Assembly: GCF_001194135.2 (NCBI RefSeq)
Contig: NC_068984.1
Location: forward strand, 25,442,355-25,506,354
Length of the DNA: 64,000 nucleotides
Source: Octopus bimaculoides
Lineage: Eukaryota
Reading direction: 5' to 3'
Both the position numbers and the translations under genes were made by a program. This document shows positions 23,116 to 36,604 of this stretch, one piece after another (within the stretch, counting starts at the first letter, position 1; each line of letters begins with the position of its first letter). The notes under the pieces are model-generated. The model saw only the letters and a list, made by a program, of their open reading frames with translations. It was not told the origin of the DNA and did not search any database.

Positions 23116-24436
23116 ACAAGCAAAGGCATAGAATATCAATATATAAGCTGAGTTTTCATAGTCTTTAAGGAATACAGTTAATATTTGCTATCATCATCAT
23201 TTAAAATCATGTTTTCCATACTTGCATGAGTCGGACAGAATTTGTTGAAACACATTTTCTATAGTCAAAATGCTTTTCCTGTCACCAATATCACCTATTT
23301 CCAAGTAAGGTAATATTTCCTCTTAATTATATACACATGACAGGCTTCCACACAGTTTCCATTTACCAATTCCACTCACAAGATATAGCTTGTAGCTATA
23401 GTAGAAGACAATCACTCAATGTGTTTTACATTGAAATAGAATTCTGTATTTACAGACATGACTGTACAAATTTAAATAATTCAGAATGGATTTGTAAAAT
23501 GAAAGAAACTTGATTATAATCTTAAATTTGTTAAATGATGATAATAGAGTACACTTTACACTAGGATAGGCTAATAAAGTAAGACAGGAGAAAAATATAA
23601 ACAATGACAATGTAGGTGTTATACTGAGATTATACTACTTAGTAAAAGGGATGCTAGCTTATGCATGGCCTTTGCTGTAATGGCTACAATAAACAAAAAT
23701 AAATTGCCACACTTTTCGAGTATTGTCTTGTGCAATTATGTTTCCATCACAAATGTTTTACACAGAGGAACTACTTTTATTCAAATGCCTGGAGGGGGAA
23801 AGATCCAATATACTTCGCATAGATCCGATATAGATTCGATATACTTTGCATAGCAACGAAAAATTTGTTAAGTTAAATACCATGAGGCCGATTGATTCTT
23901 ATATTTACAACAATTTTTCTATTTAGCCAAACTCCAGTATTTTCAGAGCATATATTTTAAGTATGCCCATATTTAATATATACCATATTTACTTGCATTC
24001 AGTACAAAACAGAGTAAAAATTATGGTGTAGCATAATACCCAAGTATAACGAAGATGAAATACAAGACAGACTTTTAGCTTTAAAAATTTTTTAATGCAG
24101 GAGAGAGAGGGGCACATTATATTAAAACCACTATTGTATGAGTAAATACACTAAGTTCATAGGCAGGCAGACACACACACACACACACACACACAGTCAT
24201 TGAATCACTCAACCTAGAGTAATATGAATGTAAACCCATTGAATATAAACTTAAATGCCATCATGTATACACTTACATTGCAGGACAATTTCCATCACCA
24301 TTTATCAACTGGAGATCATTATAAATTAGGCACTTTATGAAAATATCACTCCCTCCAGCAGTGCTCACAAACATGAATCTACCCAAACATATACTTGTAA
24401 ACAACAATTCAAAACCAAAACAAATTCCCACTTGGA

Positions 24437-24575
<139 letters not shown>

Positions 24576-25199
24576 CAAATGTTGTTTACAAATGTGCAGT
24601 TTCATGCTGTTTACATGGAGAAAATAACAGAAGGTCAGAAACTATAAAGAACCTAACTAGATGTACTTTGAGTACTTATCTAGGGGTTAACAAAATAAAT
24701 ATCAGTTATCTAAAAGATTCAACTACCTACAAAGGCTATGTACCTATCTGAGAAATCTACATTTTTATGAAAAACGCTTTAGCACACCTGCAGTTGTCAA
24801 AGTAGTGATGAATAAATTACTATGTCAACGATGATGGAATTTATTTTAGCATGCAGTTGCCAATGAGTATATGTTACTGATGAAGCTCAATGAGACAGAA
24901 ATCCACATCTAACATTCTCACCAGTACTACTGGAGAGTTTTCATTTGCTATTGATATATTTGCATTTTTAAACACAGTGCATCCATAAGAGATATTATTT
25001 CCAGATGAATACTACAGCTAATTTGACTTTTCATGGTGTCTTTGAATTAAGTATGACACATAGATGCAATCATTTGGAAATTAAATAATTCAGAGACAGA
25101 GTCCTCATGAAAAAAACCCCGAAATAATATTTAATTCAGGAAACAGCAAAAAAATCAGCTGTGAAATATGCAGGAATAAAAGAAAATGCTAATAATCAA

Positions 25200-26150
25200 T
25201 AACTTATATAACACAACAAGTTCAAGAACAACTTGGAGCATGCTTTGGTCTTATTCTCATCTCCTTAGCAAAGTAAAGCCTCTCTGTACTTGCTGAAGTA
25301 ATGATGATATAAGACTGACAAAATCATACTTAGATTATGTAAAATTACCAGAGACTCTTCTGGAAAGGAATTAAAAGTACCTGCTGTAATGAGGGAAGTG
25401 AGAAAGCTTGTAGGCTGTGTGTGGCATAAAAATATAATCTGTTTTCCTTGTTGGTTTTGCAGTTGTGAATATAAAACTTCCACAGTTAGATACAGTAAAC
25501 CACTTGGAGATTTTAGATTTGGATGAGAGATGGGAGGGGGTTGTAAGGCATATTACTATGATTAGGCACTAATCAGTCAATCCAATCCAGTGGGTGCAGA
25601 AAACATGATAGTTGGGCAGGTGTTCGATTTGGAAATGAGAAACAGATCAAGGGTGTTTAGTGTACAGCTGTGTGTCAGAGACATTGGCAGGTTAGCAGAT
25701 CCTTCGTGGAAGTAGTGCAAGATCCAGAAGTTGTATGTCACCAAGAATGGTGACATACAAGAATGAAGATTTCAGAGAAAGGTGAAATAAGAGAGATGTC
25801 TTCAATATGTGACATGAAATATTCAAAGAGCTGATGTGAAGTAGAAGTGTCTGAAGAGTAAGGACAGCTGAGGAATTCAAAGTAATAGAAAAAAAAATAC
25901 TTTTAAAACAAAACTGGAAGTCATTTTAATTGAGATCCAGAGGTGAGAGAGTTGAGAAGTGGAGAGAATGGATTTTATGTATGTAGAGACATCTTCCTGG
26001 AAAAAGATGGAGTGGAGAGTGTAGCTTGATTCAACTCACTACATATTTACAGTGACATAGAGGGATATTTGAAAGATAATTGTCCTGACCATTGACACAA
26101 TGCAGTGCCCATAAAATGACATAAATTGCATGCCTTGTAACTGCTCTGCC
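25200..26150 (-). pseudogene. Degenerate LINE ORF2 APE-endonuclease region (CR1/L2/Jockey-type)
   Basis: Minus frames give CPYSSDTSTSHQLFEYFMSHIEDISLISPFSEIFIL, LGD and SSKSKISKWF, resembling the APE (S/T..ILGDFN) and post-EN linker segments; many stops and frameshifts. Confidence 0.6.
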
Positions 26151-27934
26151 ACCATCCTATCTCCTCATCCATCCACACAGATATGTATGCATGAAAAATG
26201 ATTAAACTGAGAGAGAGAGAGAGAGAGGGGGGGGAGAGAGAGAGGGGGAGAGAGAGAGAGGTATTGTCAATATGTTTTGGCACATATGTTAGAATAAATA
26301 CGTGAGTGTATGTATATAGTGAGTTGTGAGTTTTATTTATCTTGTAGTCTTCTCCAAGCCCACTTGAGGATTTGAACTCGACAATGCAATTTAACAAATC
26401 ACTTTGCCAATAATACAGTATTTCCACTGCTTAGGACAATGGTTTGTTCCTACCCTGCACTACCTATTCATAGCTAGCTGAACTGAGATCTTTCAGAGTT
26501 AAATATTGTAACTGCTGATGCAATGCATTGCTCAAGACAACACTATCAACTTCTCTACTCAATCTACATTCTCATTATATGACAATAATTAACTTAAATA
26601 GTTTTGTTCCTTTAATATTACAACATTCTCACTTCATACCATCCATCTCACTATTTCCTATCATTTATAGTAGAAAAAACAAAAAAAAACAAAGAAAAAA
26701 TCATGGTATCCTGTTTTGCTTAGCCATATGTTTCTGCCATAAACTTTTCTGGTTGCTAAGCAGCAATACAGATCTTTCTCTTTTTCATTTTTTGTTTCCT
26801 TCTCATACTTAACCATTTGTCATTTCGGAATCAAAACTTTGTTCCAGCACTTCATTTCATTTTACTTCCATTTGTCACTCCTGTTAAAACTTAAAATGCT
26901 TTCTTGTGTGAAAAATCTGACATCTAACCCATGGTTGCATATAGCAGAATTTTCTGTTGTAAGTAGGACTTGAAAAAGAGTAATAGACTACATAATTCCT
27001 TAATATAAAGAACTAAGTAAAAGATGTCACCTATCCTAACTACATGTCCAAGCTACAGTATCCTTAGAATGTAACTGTCGTGATAAGAGGCAGCAACTCA
27101 GTTGTTTTCAAGTAATTTGTCAAGAGAGATAATTCAAAAATACAGTGCTTGCTTTCACTAAAGTAAAATGAAACAATATATAAAACTAGCTTGCACTTGC
27201 AATCCATAAATACATGCTCATAAACATGTATTTGATATGAATTTTCTTATATAATATAGCATGTTGCTTGCATGTTTGATGCATATACATTCATATAACT
27301 GCAAGTGACTGCTAGCATACAAGTGCATCCTTCTTCTGCCACACATGTGTTCATATGTCTAAACATATTTACATAAGTGAAAAGCCTAAAAATATACGTG
27401 CATGCAGCTATGTGACTATTGATTCAAGGATGTGTCATATATATTTGTACTGACGAGTTTCAGTATCTTCTTAGTAAAAATATCCCTGTGTATCCCTGTG
27501 CAAGTATGTGTCACATGTGTGTGTGTGTGTGTGTGTGTACCTGTGCAAATATGTGTCATGTGTGTGTGTGTGTGTGTTTGTACTCACACACATAATGTGA
27601 AATGTAAACTTGTTTTATAAGCATATACATCAATAGATTCATGTGCAATTGCCTATCTGTAACTAAACAGCTACACTGTAAGAATGTGTGCGTGTGTATG
27701 TGTGTGTGTAAGAGAACATGTGTAACAACACACAGGTGTAAATACACACTTGTGTGAGTGTTAAAGTGCTAAGTTTTTGTCAAGTTTTGTTTTGTAACCA
27801 TGCAGCAATGAGTGTATGTGAATGTAATTATGTACATACAAGTAAGATGGTCTAAATAAGTATTAAGTGCTTCTATGGAAACAGATGCAGGTGCATATAG
27901 ATGTTTGTAAATATTTATGCATACCTGTATTAAT

Positions 27935-27946
27935 GGGTGTGTGTGC

Positions 27947-27996
<50 letters not shown>

Positions 27997-28006
27997 NNNN
28001 NNNNNN

Positions 28007-28058
<52 letters not shown>

Positions 28059-28060
28059 TA
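27935..28060. repeat. (GT)n(GA)n microsatellite with an N gap at 27998-28006
   Basis: Direct reading. Confidence 0.9.
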
Positions 28061-28532
28061 AATTCCATATAACAGTAAAAACGTGTGTATTTCAATGTTT
28101 GTATCTGTATGCCTGTATTAACACTGAGTGTGTAAAAATTTATACATTAGTGTATAGTGAATTATGCATACAAAATATGCTACGGTACATGTAAAACTAA
28201 GTACAAATTCAAAAGTATACCCTCACAAATGTAATTTTAAATGTGCCTTTAAGAAGAAAACTAAATGTGTTAAGTGCATATTTATGAAGTGTATGTGTGA
28301 CCAAGTGTGTGTGTGTGTGTGTGTGTGTGAGTCACTATGTTGTCTAAGTTTAGGCACATATGTTAGAATAAACTTAAATACATGAGTAGGTATATAGTGA
28401 GTTGTGAGTTTTATTTATTGATGAGAATACCGTTCTACATAAAAGCAAGCATGTACCTAAGTTTCAAGTATTAGTTACTGTATTGTACATGAAAGAAAGT
28501 GTGTGCACACATATATACATATCAGTGTGCAT

Positions 28533-28575
<43 letters not shown>

Positions 28576-29124
28576 CAAATACATAATTAAAATAGCTAAT
28601 CTCCAATTTCCCCAGATAACTTTGCCTGACTGGAAATATTCTCTGTTCCAACAGAAAGCATTGAGAATAAGAAGAAATGTCAATAAACCATATTGACAAT
28701 GTTACAGAAAACCAGCAACTGATATGCTTGACAAACAGATACTACCTACTTCCATATCTAATTTCTACATTTTTCATTGATGATGTGTATAAATTAGCAT
28801 TCACACTAGACTGTTACGCAAATGGACACCAGCTTCAATCCCAGTTTGATACAGAGATTTTGTTACACAAATGCATCATCTATTAATTAATATACTGAAA
28901 CTGAAATAACTTTAAAACGAAAATTAATGAGTAACTCCACTGATTTGCATTAAACACAGGTTTCAGGAAGAAAAAAAAACCAAGAAAATGTTTATATTTT
29001 TCTTCATGTTTCAATGTTGAAAACATTAGTAACTGAAACATTTTGCTTTTTCTACTTCCGTATTTCTTTAACGTCAGATGTTTTTCATATAATCTAAGAA
29101 AGAAAAAGAGAAACCTCTTTCATT

Positions 29125-29330
29125 GCTGTGGTGGTATGGCAAGAAGCTTGCTTCTCAAACACGTGGTTTGGGGATCAGTCTCAATGCATGGCAAATCGGG
29201 TGTCTTCTACAAGAGTCCCTGGGTTTAAGAAAGTAAGTAGTGGGGTCAGTTCTTTCAAATAAAATCTTCAAGGCAATGCCCCAGCACGGCCACAGTTCAA
29301 TGATTGGAACAAGTAAAAGATATAAGAAAT
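29125..29330 (+). mobile_element. Internally deleted SINE family A
   Basis: Head tgtggtggtatggcaagaagcttgcttctc joined directly to tail aaggcaatgccccagcacggccacag...aacaagtaaaag. Confidence 0.6.
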
Positions 29331-29484
29331 GCAATTGCTGATCCCTAACTCAAGTCCAAATACTGAGAATTTATATTCAGCTTCATTCAATGTATTCAAG
29401 AGAATACATTTACTTAGTAAAAGATTCAATGCTAAAAAGTTAAGAAGAAATCTCTCTCATCATTATAATATGGATGGTTTAGAT

Positions 29485-30057
29485 TAGTGATTCTCAACCA
29501 TTTTTTGCTTTTGGATCTCTTTGGATTCATATTTTACTAGGGCAGACTCTCATAGCCATTCGATATTTCAAAAATTGAATTATATTTTTATGTTTTTTTT
29601 TGTTTTTTTTTTTCGAGCGAGATCGTTGCCAGTGCCCCTGGACTGGCTCTTGTGTGGGTGGCACATGAAATGCACCATTTTGAGCATGGCCGTTGCCAGT
29701 ACCGCCTGACTGGCCTTCGTGCGGGTGACACGTAAAAGCACCCACTACACTCTCTGAGTGGTTGGCATTAGGAAGGGCATCCAGCTGTAGAAACTCTGCC
29801 AAATCAGATTGGAGCCTGGTGTAGCCATCTGGTTTCACCAGTCCTCAGTCAAATCGTCCAACCCATGCTAGCATGGAAAGAGGACGTTAAACGACGACGA
29901 CGACGATGGTTAAATATTATAAGGAATTGTATTGAAAAAAAATTGTTAAAATATTTTGTATATTGTAGAAGTAAGACCAATTTATTACACAAATTTTAGC
30001 AACGAAATTTTGTATAGACCCCCTAAGGGTTATATGGACCCTGGTTGAGAACCACTG
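29485..30057. mobile_element. hAT (Charlie-like) MITE with an 8-bp TSD, interrupted by an RTE 3' end
   Basis: TIRs tagtgattctcaacc / ggttgagaaccactg; exact flanking duplication GTTTAGAT at 29477-29484 and 30058-30065. Confidence 0.85.
29614..29908 (+). mobile_element. 5'-truncated RTE 3' UTR (family B), young
   Basis: Same core and tail as 8243-8520; ends ggacgttaaacgacgacgacgacgatg. Confidence 0.88.
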
Positions 30058-30062
30058 GTTTA

Positions 30063-30305
30063 GATCATTATCATCATTTAACATCTGTTTTCCATGCTGG
30101 CATGGTTTGGACGATTTGACAGAAGCTGGCAAGGTGGAGGGCTGCACCAGGCCCCAATCATCTGTTTTGACATGGTTACTATGAGTGTACTGGGTGCTTG
30201 TACATGGTTCTGGCACAGGTGCTTTTTATTTAATGCCAGTACAGGTGCTTTTCATGTGGCACCAGTACCCATGGAGTCACCAAGTGGCTTGCAAGACAAG
30301 GACAT
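30063..30305 (-). mobile_element. Older RTE 3' UTR copy
   Basis: catcatttaacatctgttttccatgctggcatggtttggacgatttgac... with CpG decay. Confidence 0.65.
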
Positions 30306-30487
30306 CTCAGCACCATGTTAATAAACTGATAAAGATATTTTACAGCTCTAGTTTAATATTTTACTTATCTTGGTTTAAGCCCTGCTGAAGGTGATTTTCT
30401 TTGCAAATTCTCAAGACTCAATAAAATGTGTACCAATAATATACTGAAATCACTGGAATCAAATAAAACCACGACCATATGAATAGT

Positions 30488-30835
30488 ATCATCATTTTAA
30501 CACCCCATTTTTCATGTTTCAGACTTGTTGAGGCATATTTTCTACAACTGAATAACCTTTCTGTTGCCAACCTTCACTTGTTCCCTATGGCTGCACATGA
30601 TCTCACAGAAGATTGGAAACAACACCACTTGTATGATGGTGACGCTTGTTTACAATTAGCACATGAAGTCAAAATAAGGAGAAACATACACACACACATG
30701 TACATACATATATATAAAAGGATTCTTCAAGTTGCTAGCAAGTAAATTCATTCACAAGTCAGGGTCTATAGAAGAAGACACTTGCACAAGGTTGGGGAGC
30801 AGTTTAATGTCTTAACCACATAGCCAGTCCTGCAC
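30488..30835 (-). mobile_element. SINE family C (old)
   Basis: atcatcattttaacacccc...ttttccatg, body ttgtatgatggtgacgcttgtttaca, head gacacttgcacaagg. Confidence 0.6.
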
Positions 30836-31736
30836 CTTAATACAAGGGTGGAATCTTTGAAGACATTGGCAGTAACAGGTGAAAGTCAATCAATGAAAGC
30901 CCCAATATAAAATAAAATAACTAATATTTAGTGGCTTGGAACATAAGCTTGAAAGTAGACACATTTTCTAGGACCGTAAAATAGCATTTTTCAATGTTGG
31001 CAAGCAATAACTACTATAAATATATATCTTATTTTGATTTTTATCCTAAGAGTCAAGATTATTATCATTCTAATCTACCATCAGTGAAATCTGATATCGG
31101 GGGCTAATTATTTTGTATCTCCCACTATATATCATGAGAGCAACCTTCAGCCATCAGCTTAAATACTTCATTAAAAGTATCCAGCCAAGTACTCTAAAAA
31201 TATACCACCTTAGAAACAAAAAAACAAAAAAAAAAACAATGAAAATTTTGAACTTGTAGTGGCTTATCTAGAAAAAAGGGTAATCTTTATTTTGAATTAA
31301 AGTAATGTAGTATTTGTTTATGTTATACACTTTCAGGAAAAGGAAAACTTTTAAAATATTTCATCATCATAGAAACTGAGATGGTTGTGTAGTTAAGAAG
31401 TTTGGTTCACAGTCATGTGGATTTTGGTTGAAACCCACTGTACAGCACATTGTGAGTGCAACACCTTAACCATGCACCACACACGCAGAATGTTAACATG
31501 CTACAGGTTAATTTGAGCAAAATAGTGACATGTTTACATTATGACCAGTCACATTTGAAGACCTGTGGAATGAGAAATTCCTTACTTAAAAAGCAGGTAA
31601 AGGAAGACCAGCCAGGAAGAGCAGTCAGTCATAAAATCTTGCCTCAAATACATCCTTGTCCAACTCATGCCATCATGGAGAAAAAAATGAATATTAAACA
31701 AACAAAGGAATATCTTTGTTTGGCCAATGCTTTGTC

Positions 31737-32001
31737 ATCATTGTTCATCGTTTAACGTCCGCTTTCCATGCTAGCATGGGTTGGACGATTTGACTGAGGA
31801 CTGGTGGAACCCGAAGGCTACACCAGGCTCCAATCTGATTTGGCAGAGTTTCTACAGCTGGATGCCCTTCCTAACGCCAACCACTCAGAGAAGTGTAGTG
31901 GATGCTTTTACGTGTCACCCGCATGAAGGCCAGTCAGGCGGTACTGGCAACGGCCACTCTCAAAATGGTGTATTTTATGTGCCACCCGCACAAGAGCCAG
32001 T
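31737..32001 (-). mobile_element. 5'-truncated RTE 3' UTR (family B), young
   Basis: catcgtttaacgtccgctttccatgctagcatgggttggacgatttgactgagg... Confidence 0.88.
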
Positions 32002-32564
32002 ATTTTAGTGAGCATTTCATTTGGGTATAATAGATGCCAATTTAAATAAGCATCTATATAGACAGTTTTACTTTATTTTAGATTTGATAAATCTCCATCC
32101 TTTCTCAGTGTATCATAGCTACTAATCTAGAATTGGAGATCTATGCACACATATATATACTTATATATGGCAGGCTTCCATTCAGTTTCCATCTACCAAA
32201 TTTTACTCATAAGGTTGACTCAAGGCTACAGTAGAAAACACTTACCCACGATGTCACACACAAATGGACTGAGCCTAAAATCATGTGATTATGAAGTGAA
32301 ATTCTTTCTCAAGTACACAGCCATACACATGCTTACCTTCTCTGCACAGTGATATCTGTGTTTACTTTAACCATACAACCACATATATATAAATAAATAA
32401 ATATAGAGATCCATATAAACATGTTTTGATATTGTACACAGCTATAAAACAGCTACAAGAAAATGAAGAGAGCAACAAATGTAAATATTCATTAATTTGA
32501 AAATACAACTTTATATAAACAATTAGATATAATAAAAGTACACACGCACGCACACGCACACATG

Positions 32565-32605
<41 letters not shown>

Positions 32606-32753
32606 ACAGCAACATAAAGAGATGACAAAAGAGATCAGAAAAGTGCATAAAAATAAGGAGAATGGCACTCATAATCTGAACATAATAAGTGGAAAACCGA
32701 AAACAACAGCGCTATGAGTCATGAAATAAGTGCACACAGATGTATGTACAAAC

Positions 32754-32795
<42 letters not shown>

Positions 32796-33344
32796 GAATA
32801 TCCAGTTTAAAGGAGACCTTAATAATAATAATAATAATTCCTTTAAGGTTCATGATCTTTATTTTCATAACAGGCATTGTTTAATGAGGTTAATGCACAA
32901 TACAAGAAACAACATGATATATCAATAACAATATATATAGCATTTGTAAAAATGCTGCCTGCTATTAAACCTCATCTTAAACAACAACAGTACACCTCAA
33001 TAGTTCACTAGGTGCAAAAGACAGAAAGAAATTCTTATATTTATTTCCATAAGTCTACTACTGACGCTTAAAATGCATTCAATATATATATTTTTTTTCC
33101 AAATAAAGTGGAAAATAATGATACTAGGAGAAGATTTTTCATGTGTTCTTAATTTAATTTAGGCTTAAGCCTAAGGTAAAATGTGATGTCAATTTTTAAA
33201 ATGGATGGAAAAGAACAGATAAACAAACGCTTTCCATATTCTATAATACAACATGCTGATCTTTTAAAGTCTTTTCACACTTCATTTGATTATTCACAAA
33301 CATATACTTAAGATATAAAAACATTTCCAAATACAGAGATTCAA

Positions 33345-33578
33345 AAATATATGTAAATGCACATAAAAATAATAACTATCCAAAAGTATGCATGTCTCCG
33401 TGAGTGTATGTAAGTGTATATATGTGAGTGTAAGTGTATAAATACATGTATATGAATATGATATAGGTGTTTATGCATGCATATACACACATAGATATAT
33501 AAATATGAAGACATGCACACATGTACCTGCATTTATACATGTATTCATATATATACATATATACACACAAATGCATAC

Positions 33579-33626
<48 letters not shown>

Positions 33627-33738
33627 GCACACGTGTATATATGTGTGTATATATACATATACATACACATGTATGTATATACACATATATATATGCATAT
33701 ATATACACACACACATACATACACACATGTATATGTGT

Positions 33739-33799
<61 letters not shown>

Positions 33800-33976
33800 C
33801 ATATATATATACATGTATGTATATCTATATATATATATATATATATATACATATACACACACATGTGTATATATATAGATATATATATAGATATATAAAT
33901 ATATATGCATACACATGTATATAAACACACACACATATATACATATATATACACACACACACACATATATTCATAC

Positions 33977-34035
<59 letters not shown>

Positions 34036-34180
34036 CACATATATATCTATACATACTCACACACACATATATACACACATGTATATATACATACACACAG
34101 ACATACATACAAGCACACATATATACACAAGCACACATTTATACATATGTGTATTCATATATAGAACACACACACACAGA
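33345..34180. repeat. ~830-bp compound (AT)n/(AC)n/(ATAC)n microsatellite
   Basis: Direct reading; source of the YIYI/HTHT ORFs. Confidence 0.95.
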
Positions 34181-35829
34181 AAAATACAAGCCTAGCTGTG
34201 TGAATAAGAAGTTTGCTTCTCCACCACATGGTCTTGGGTTCAGTCTTACTCTGTACCACTTTGAGCAAACGTCTTCTACTCTCACCTGAATCACATATTT
34301 ATTTAACCAATGCCAGCATGATAAGAACAAACATACAAATGAATGAATCAATAAATAAATGAAAGATATGGAACTGAAATCTATTGTAGATGTTTTAAAT
34401 AAATTTTAAATAAATTTTATATAATTAACAGGTTTAACAAAGAAAGGCAGAGTCAATGCTTTGTTTGATTTGTATCTGAAATGCTTGTTGCTAAACATTA
34501 TATACACTTTGCACAGAGCTGTTCTTCATGCATGAGTTAATTGCATATACTTTCAATTGGTATCTATATATTTCTTATTGTCTGTTTATTGATATAAATT
34601 TCCCGTATCTTCCCGCCATTTCTATCAGACTATACCTTCAGTGCATGGCTCTTATTTCTACAAACACACATACACACAACAAATCCTACTACTTCTCTTA
34701 CGCACCTAATACATCTGATATCTACTACATCCTCTCGCTTCCCCCCCCCACCATTTTTTCCCTCTTATTTCTATCTCAGTCTACCTTCCTTCCCCCCCCC
34801 CCTTGCTTCTATTAGTTTCTACATTTTCACTATTACTCCTTTGAAATATTTATCACTGACTTTTATCTCATTCTCTCTATTGATATCCCCCCACCTCTTC
34901 TTTTCTTATATCGTTCTCCTCCGCCACCATGCATAAATACACATGCTGCACCTGTTATCATTGATGTCTCTGCATTCCAGCACTTTCTATGACAGCCTAT
35001 AAAGTCTGAATATCTCTCTGTTATCTCTATTGATGCATTGCACCGCCACTCCAACCCTAATTCCTTCACTGTCTATATCAACTCGTACATACCCTCCTAG
35101 TTTTAACTAGTATCCGTATGCTGCAACTCTTCCTGCCTTTCCTCCTACTACAATCTAAATCTGCCTCTTTCTATTTGTTCTAATAATCATTCCTAGTCTC
35201 ACTCATTCACTCTCTCTCTCTCTCTCTCCCTCTCTCTTAGAACACTAGTAGTTTTAGTTATTGGACACAGAACAATAGCAACTGGTACTTTGAAGACAGT
35301 GCAGAAAGTCAGCAGAACTGTCAAACCAAACCTATGTAGGTCAATGGCTCCAGTAACAGCTGGAAGAGACCAGCTAGTTACTAAGCAACCAAGGTAATGA
35401 TACTTTAAGAACAGGAGAAAAAAAAGAAAAAAAAAACAAGAAAAAAAACCACATATGCCAAAAACAATGTAAAGAAAAAGCTTTCTTTTAGAATGGATCA
35501 AATGAAATTTTTGATACAAAGGCAGCATCCAAAAGTATTGGAAAGTTGCATCTGTTGTAGAAAGCAATAGAAACACAGAATTCAAAATCAGCATGAATAG
35601 CAAGAGATACATTAATAGTGAATTGATCACAAACCATCATAGAGTAACATAAGCTTTGTCTCAAGTATTTTTGACTCTCGGGAGATTTATTAATCATCCT
35701 CTTCTTGAATATATATCTTCAGTGCCATTCAGAAATACAATACACTAGAGTTATTCAGTTTGGCATTTGTGTAACTGTAACTGATCAAAATATAGACAAG
35801 TGCATACGTATGCACTGAAATCAATGCTT

Positions 35830-35991
35830 GCCTGAATGCACATACATATATCAGTATGGTATGTATACATACACATGTGTGTGTCTGTGTGTGTGTGCAT
35901 GTGCGCCTATATATATAAACACACATGTACATATACACATATACACATATATATATATATATATATATATATCCATTTCTACATATATACG

Positions 35992-36048
<57 letters not shown>

Positions 36049-36140
36049 TGCACACACACACATTTATATATACATACATACACATCCATATATACATACA
36101 CATATATACATACACATACATATTTACATGCACATATACA
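35830..36140. repeat. Compound (AT)n/(AC)n microsatellite
   Basis: Direct reading. Confidence 0.92.
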
Positions 36141-36368
36141 TCATTATTCTCAGTTCAACATTCACTTTCCCATGCTTGCATGGATCAGAGGAGATTCATT
36201 GAGGCAGAATTTTCTATAGCCAGATACTCTTATTCTTCTTGTCCCTAACCCTCACCTACCTCTAGACCAGACATGTTTACAAAAAATTTTGCAAAGAAAC
36301 ATGTAAGCTGCTATGACAGCCAAATTTGTTTAGAATTAGTACATGCTGTCAAGATACACGCATACAGT

Positions 36369-36604
36369 TTCTTATTTCTTTATTGCTTACAAGGGGCTAA
36401 ACACAGAGGGGACAAACAAGGACAGACAAATGGATTAAGTCGATTACATCGACCCCAGTGCATAACTGGTACTTAATTTATCGATCCCGAAAGGATGAAA
36501 GGCAAAGTCAACCTCGGCGGAATTTGAACTCAGAACGTAGTGGCAGATGAAATACCGCTAAGCATTTCACCCGTGCGTGCTAACGTTTCTGCCAGCTTGC
36601 TGCC
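36369..36604 (-). mobile_element. Young tRNA-derived SINE family D
   Basis: Minus strand: ggcagcaagctggcagaaacgttagcac (A-box-like) ... gagttcaaattcc (B-box-like), central ttgactttgcctttcatcctttcgggatcgataaattaagtaccag, tail gcaataaagaaataagaa. Confidence 0.85.

Noticed and set aside
26348-26413. Plus-strand terminal-exon-like SSPSPLEDLNSTMQFNKSLCQ*
   Set aside because: No supported upstream exons or homology; on the minus strand it contains a B-box-like word and may be a SINE relic
33341-34351. Longest ORFs in the track (up to 220 aa, [12 protein letters not shown])
   Set aside because: Translations of dinucleotide microsatellites; the same applies to similar ORFs at 24337, 35729, 53258 and 62278
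35199-35630. 143-aa hydrophobic minus-strand ORF as a membrane protein
   Set aside because: Hydrophobicity comes from T-runs and it ends in a (GA)n repeat; only the central island is kept as a low-confidence finding
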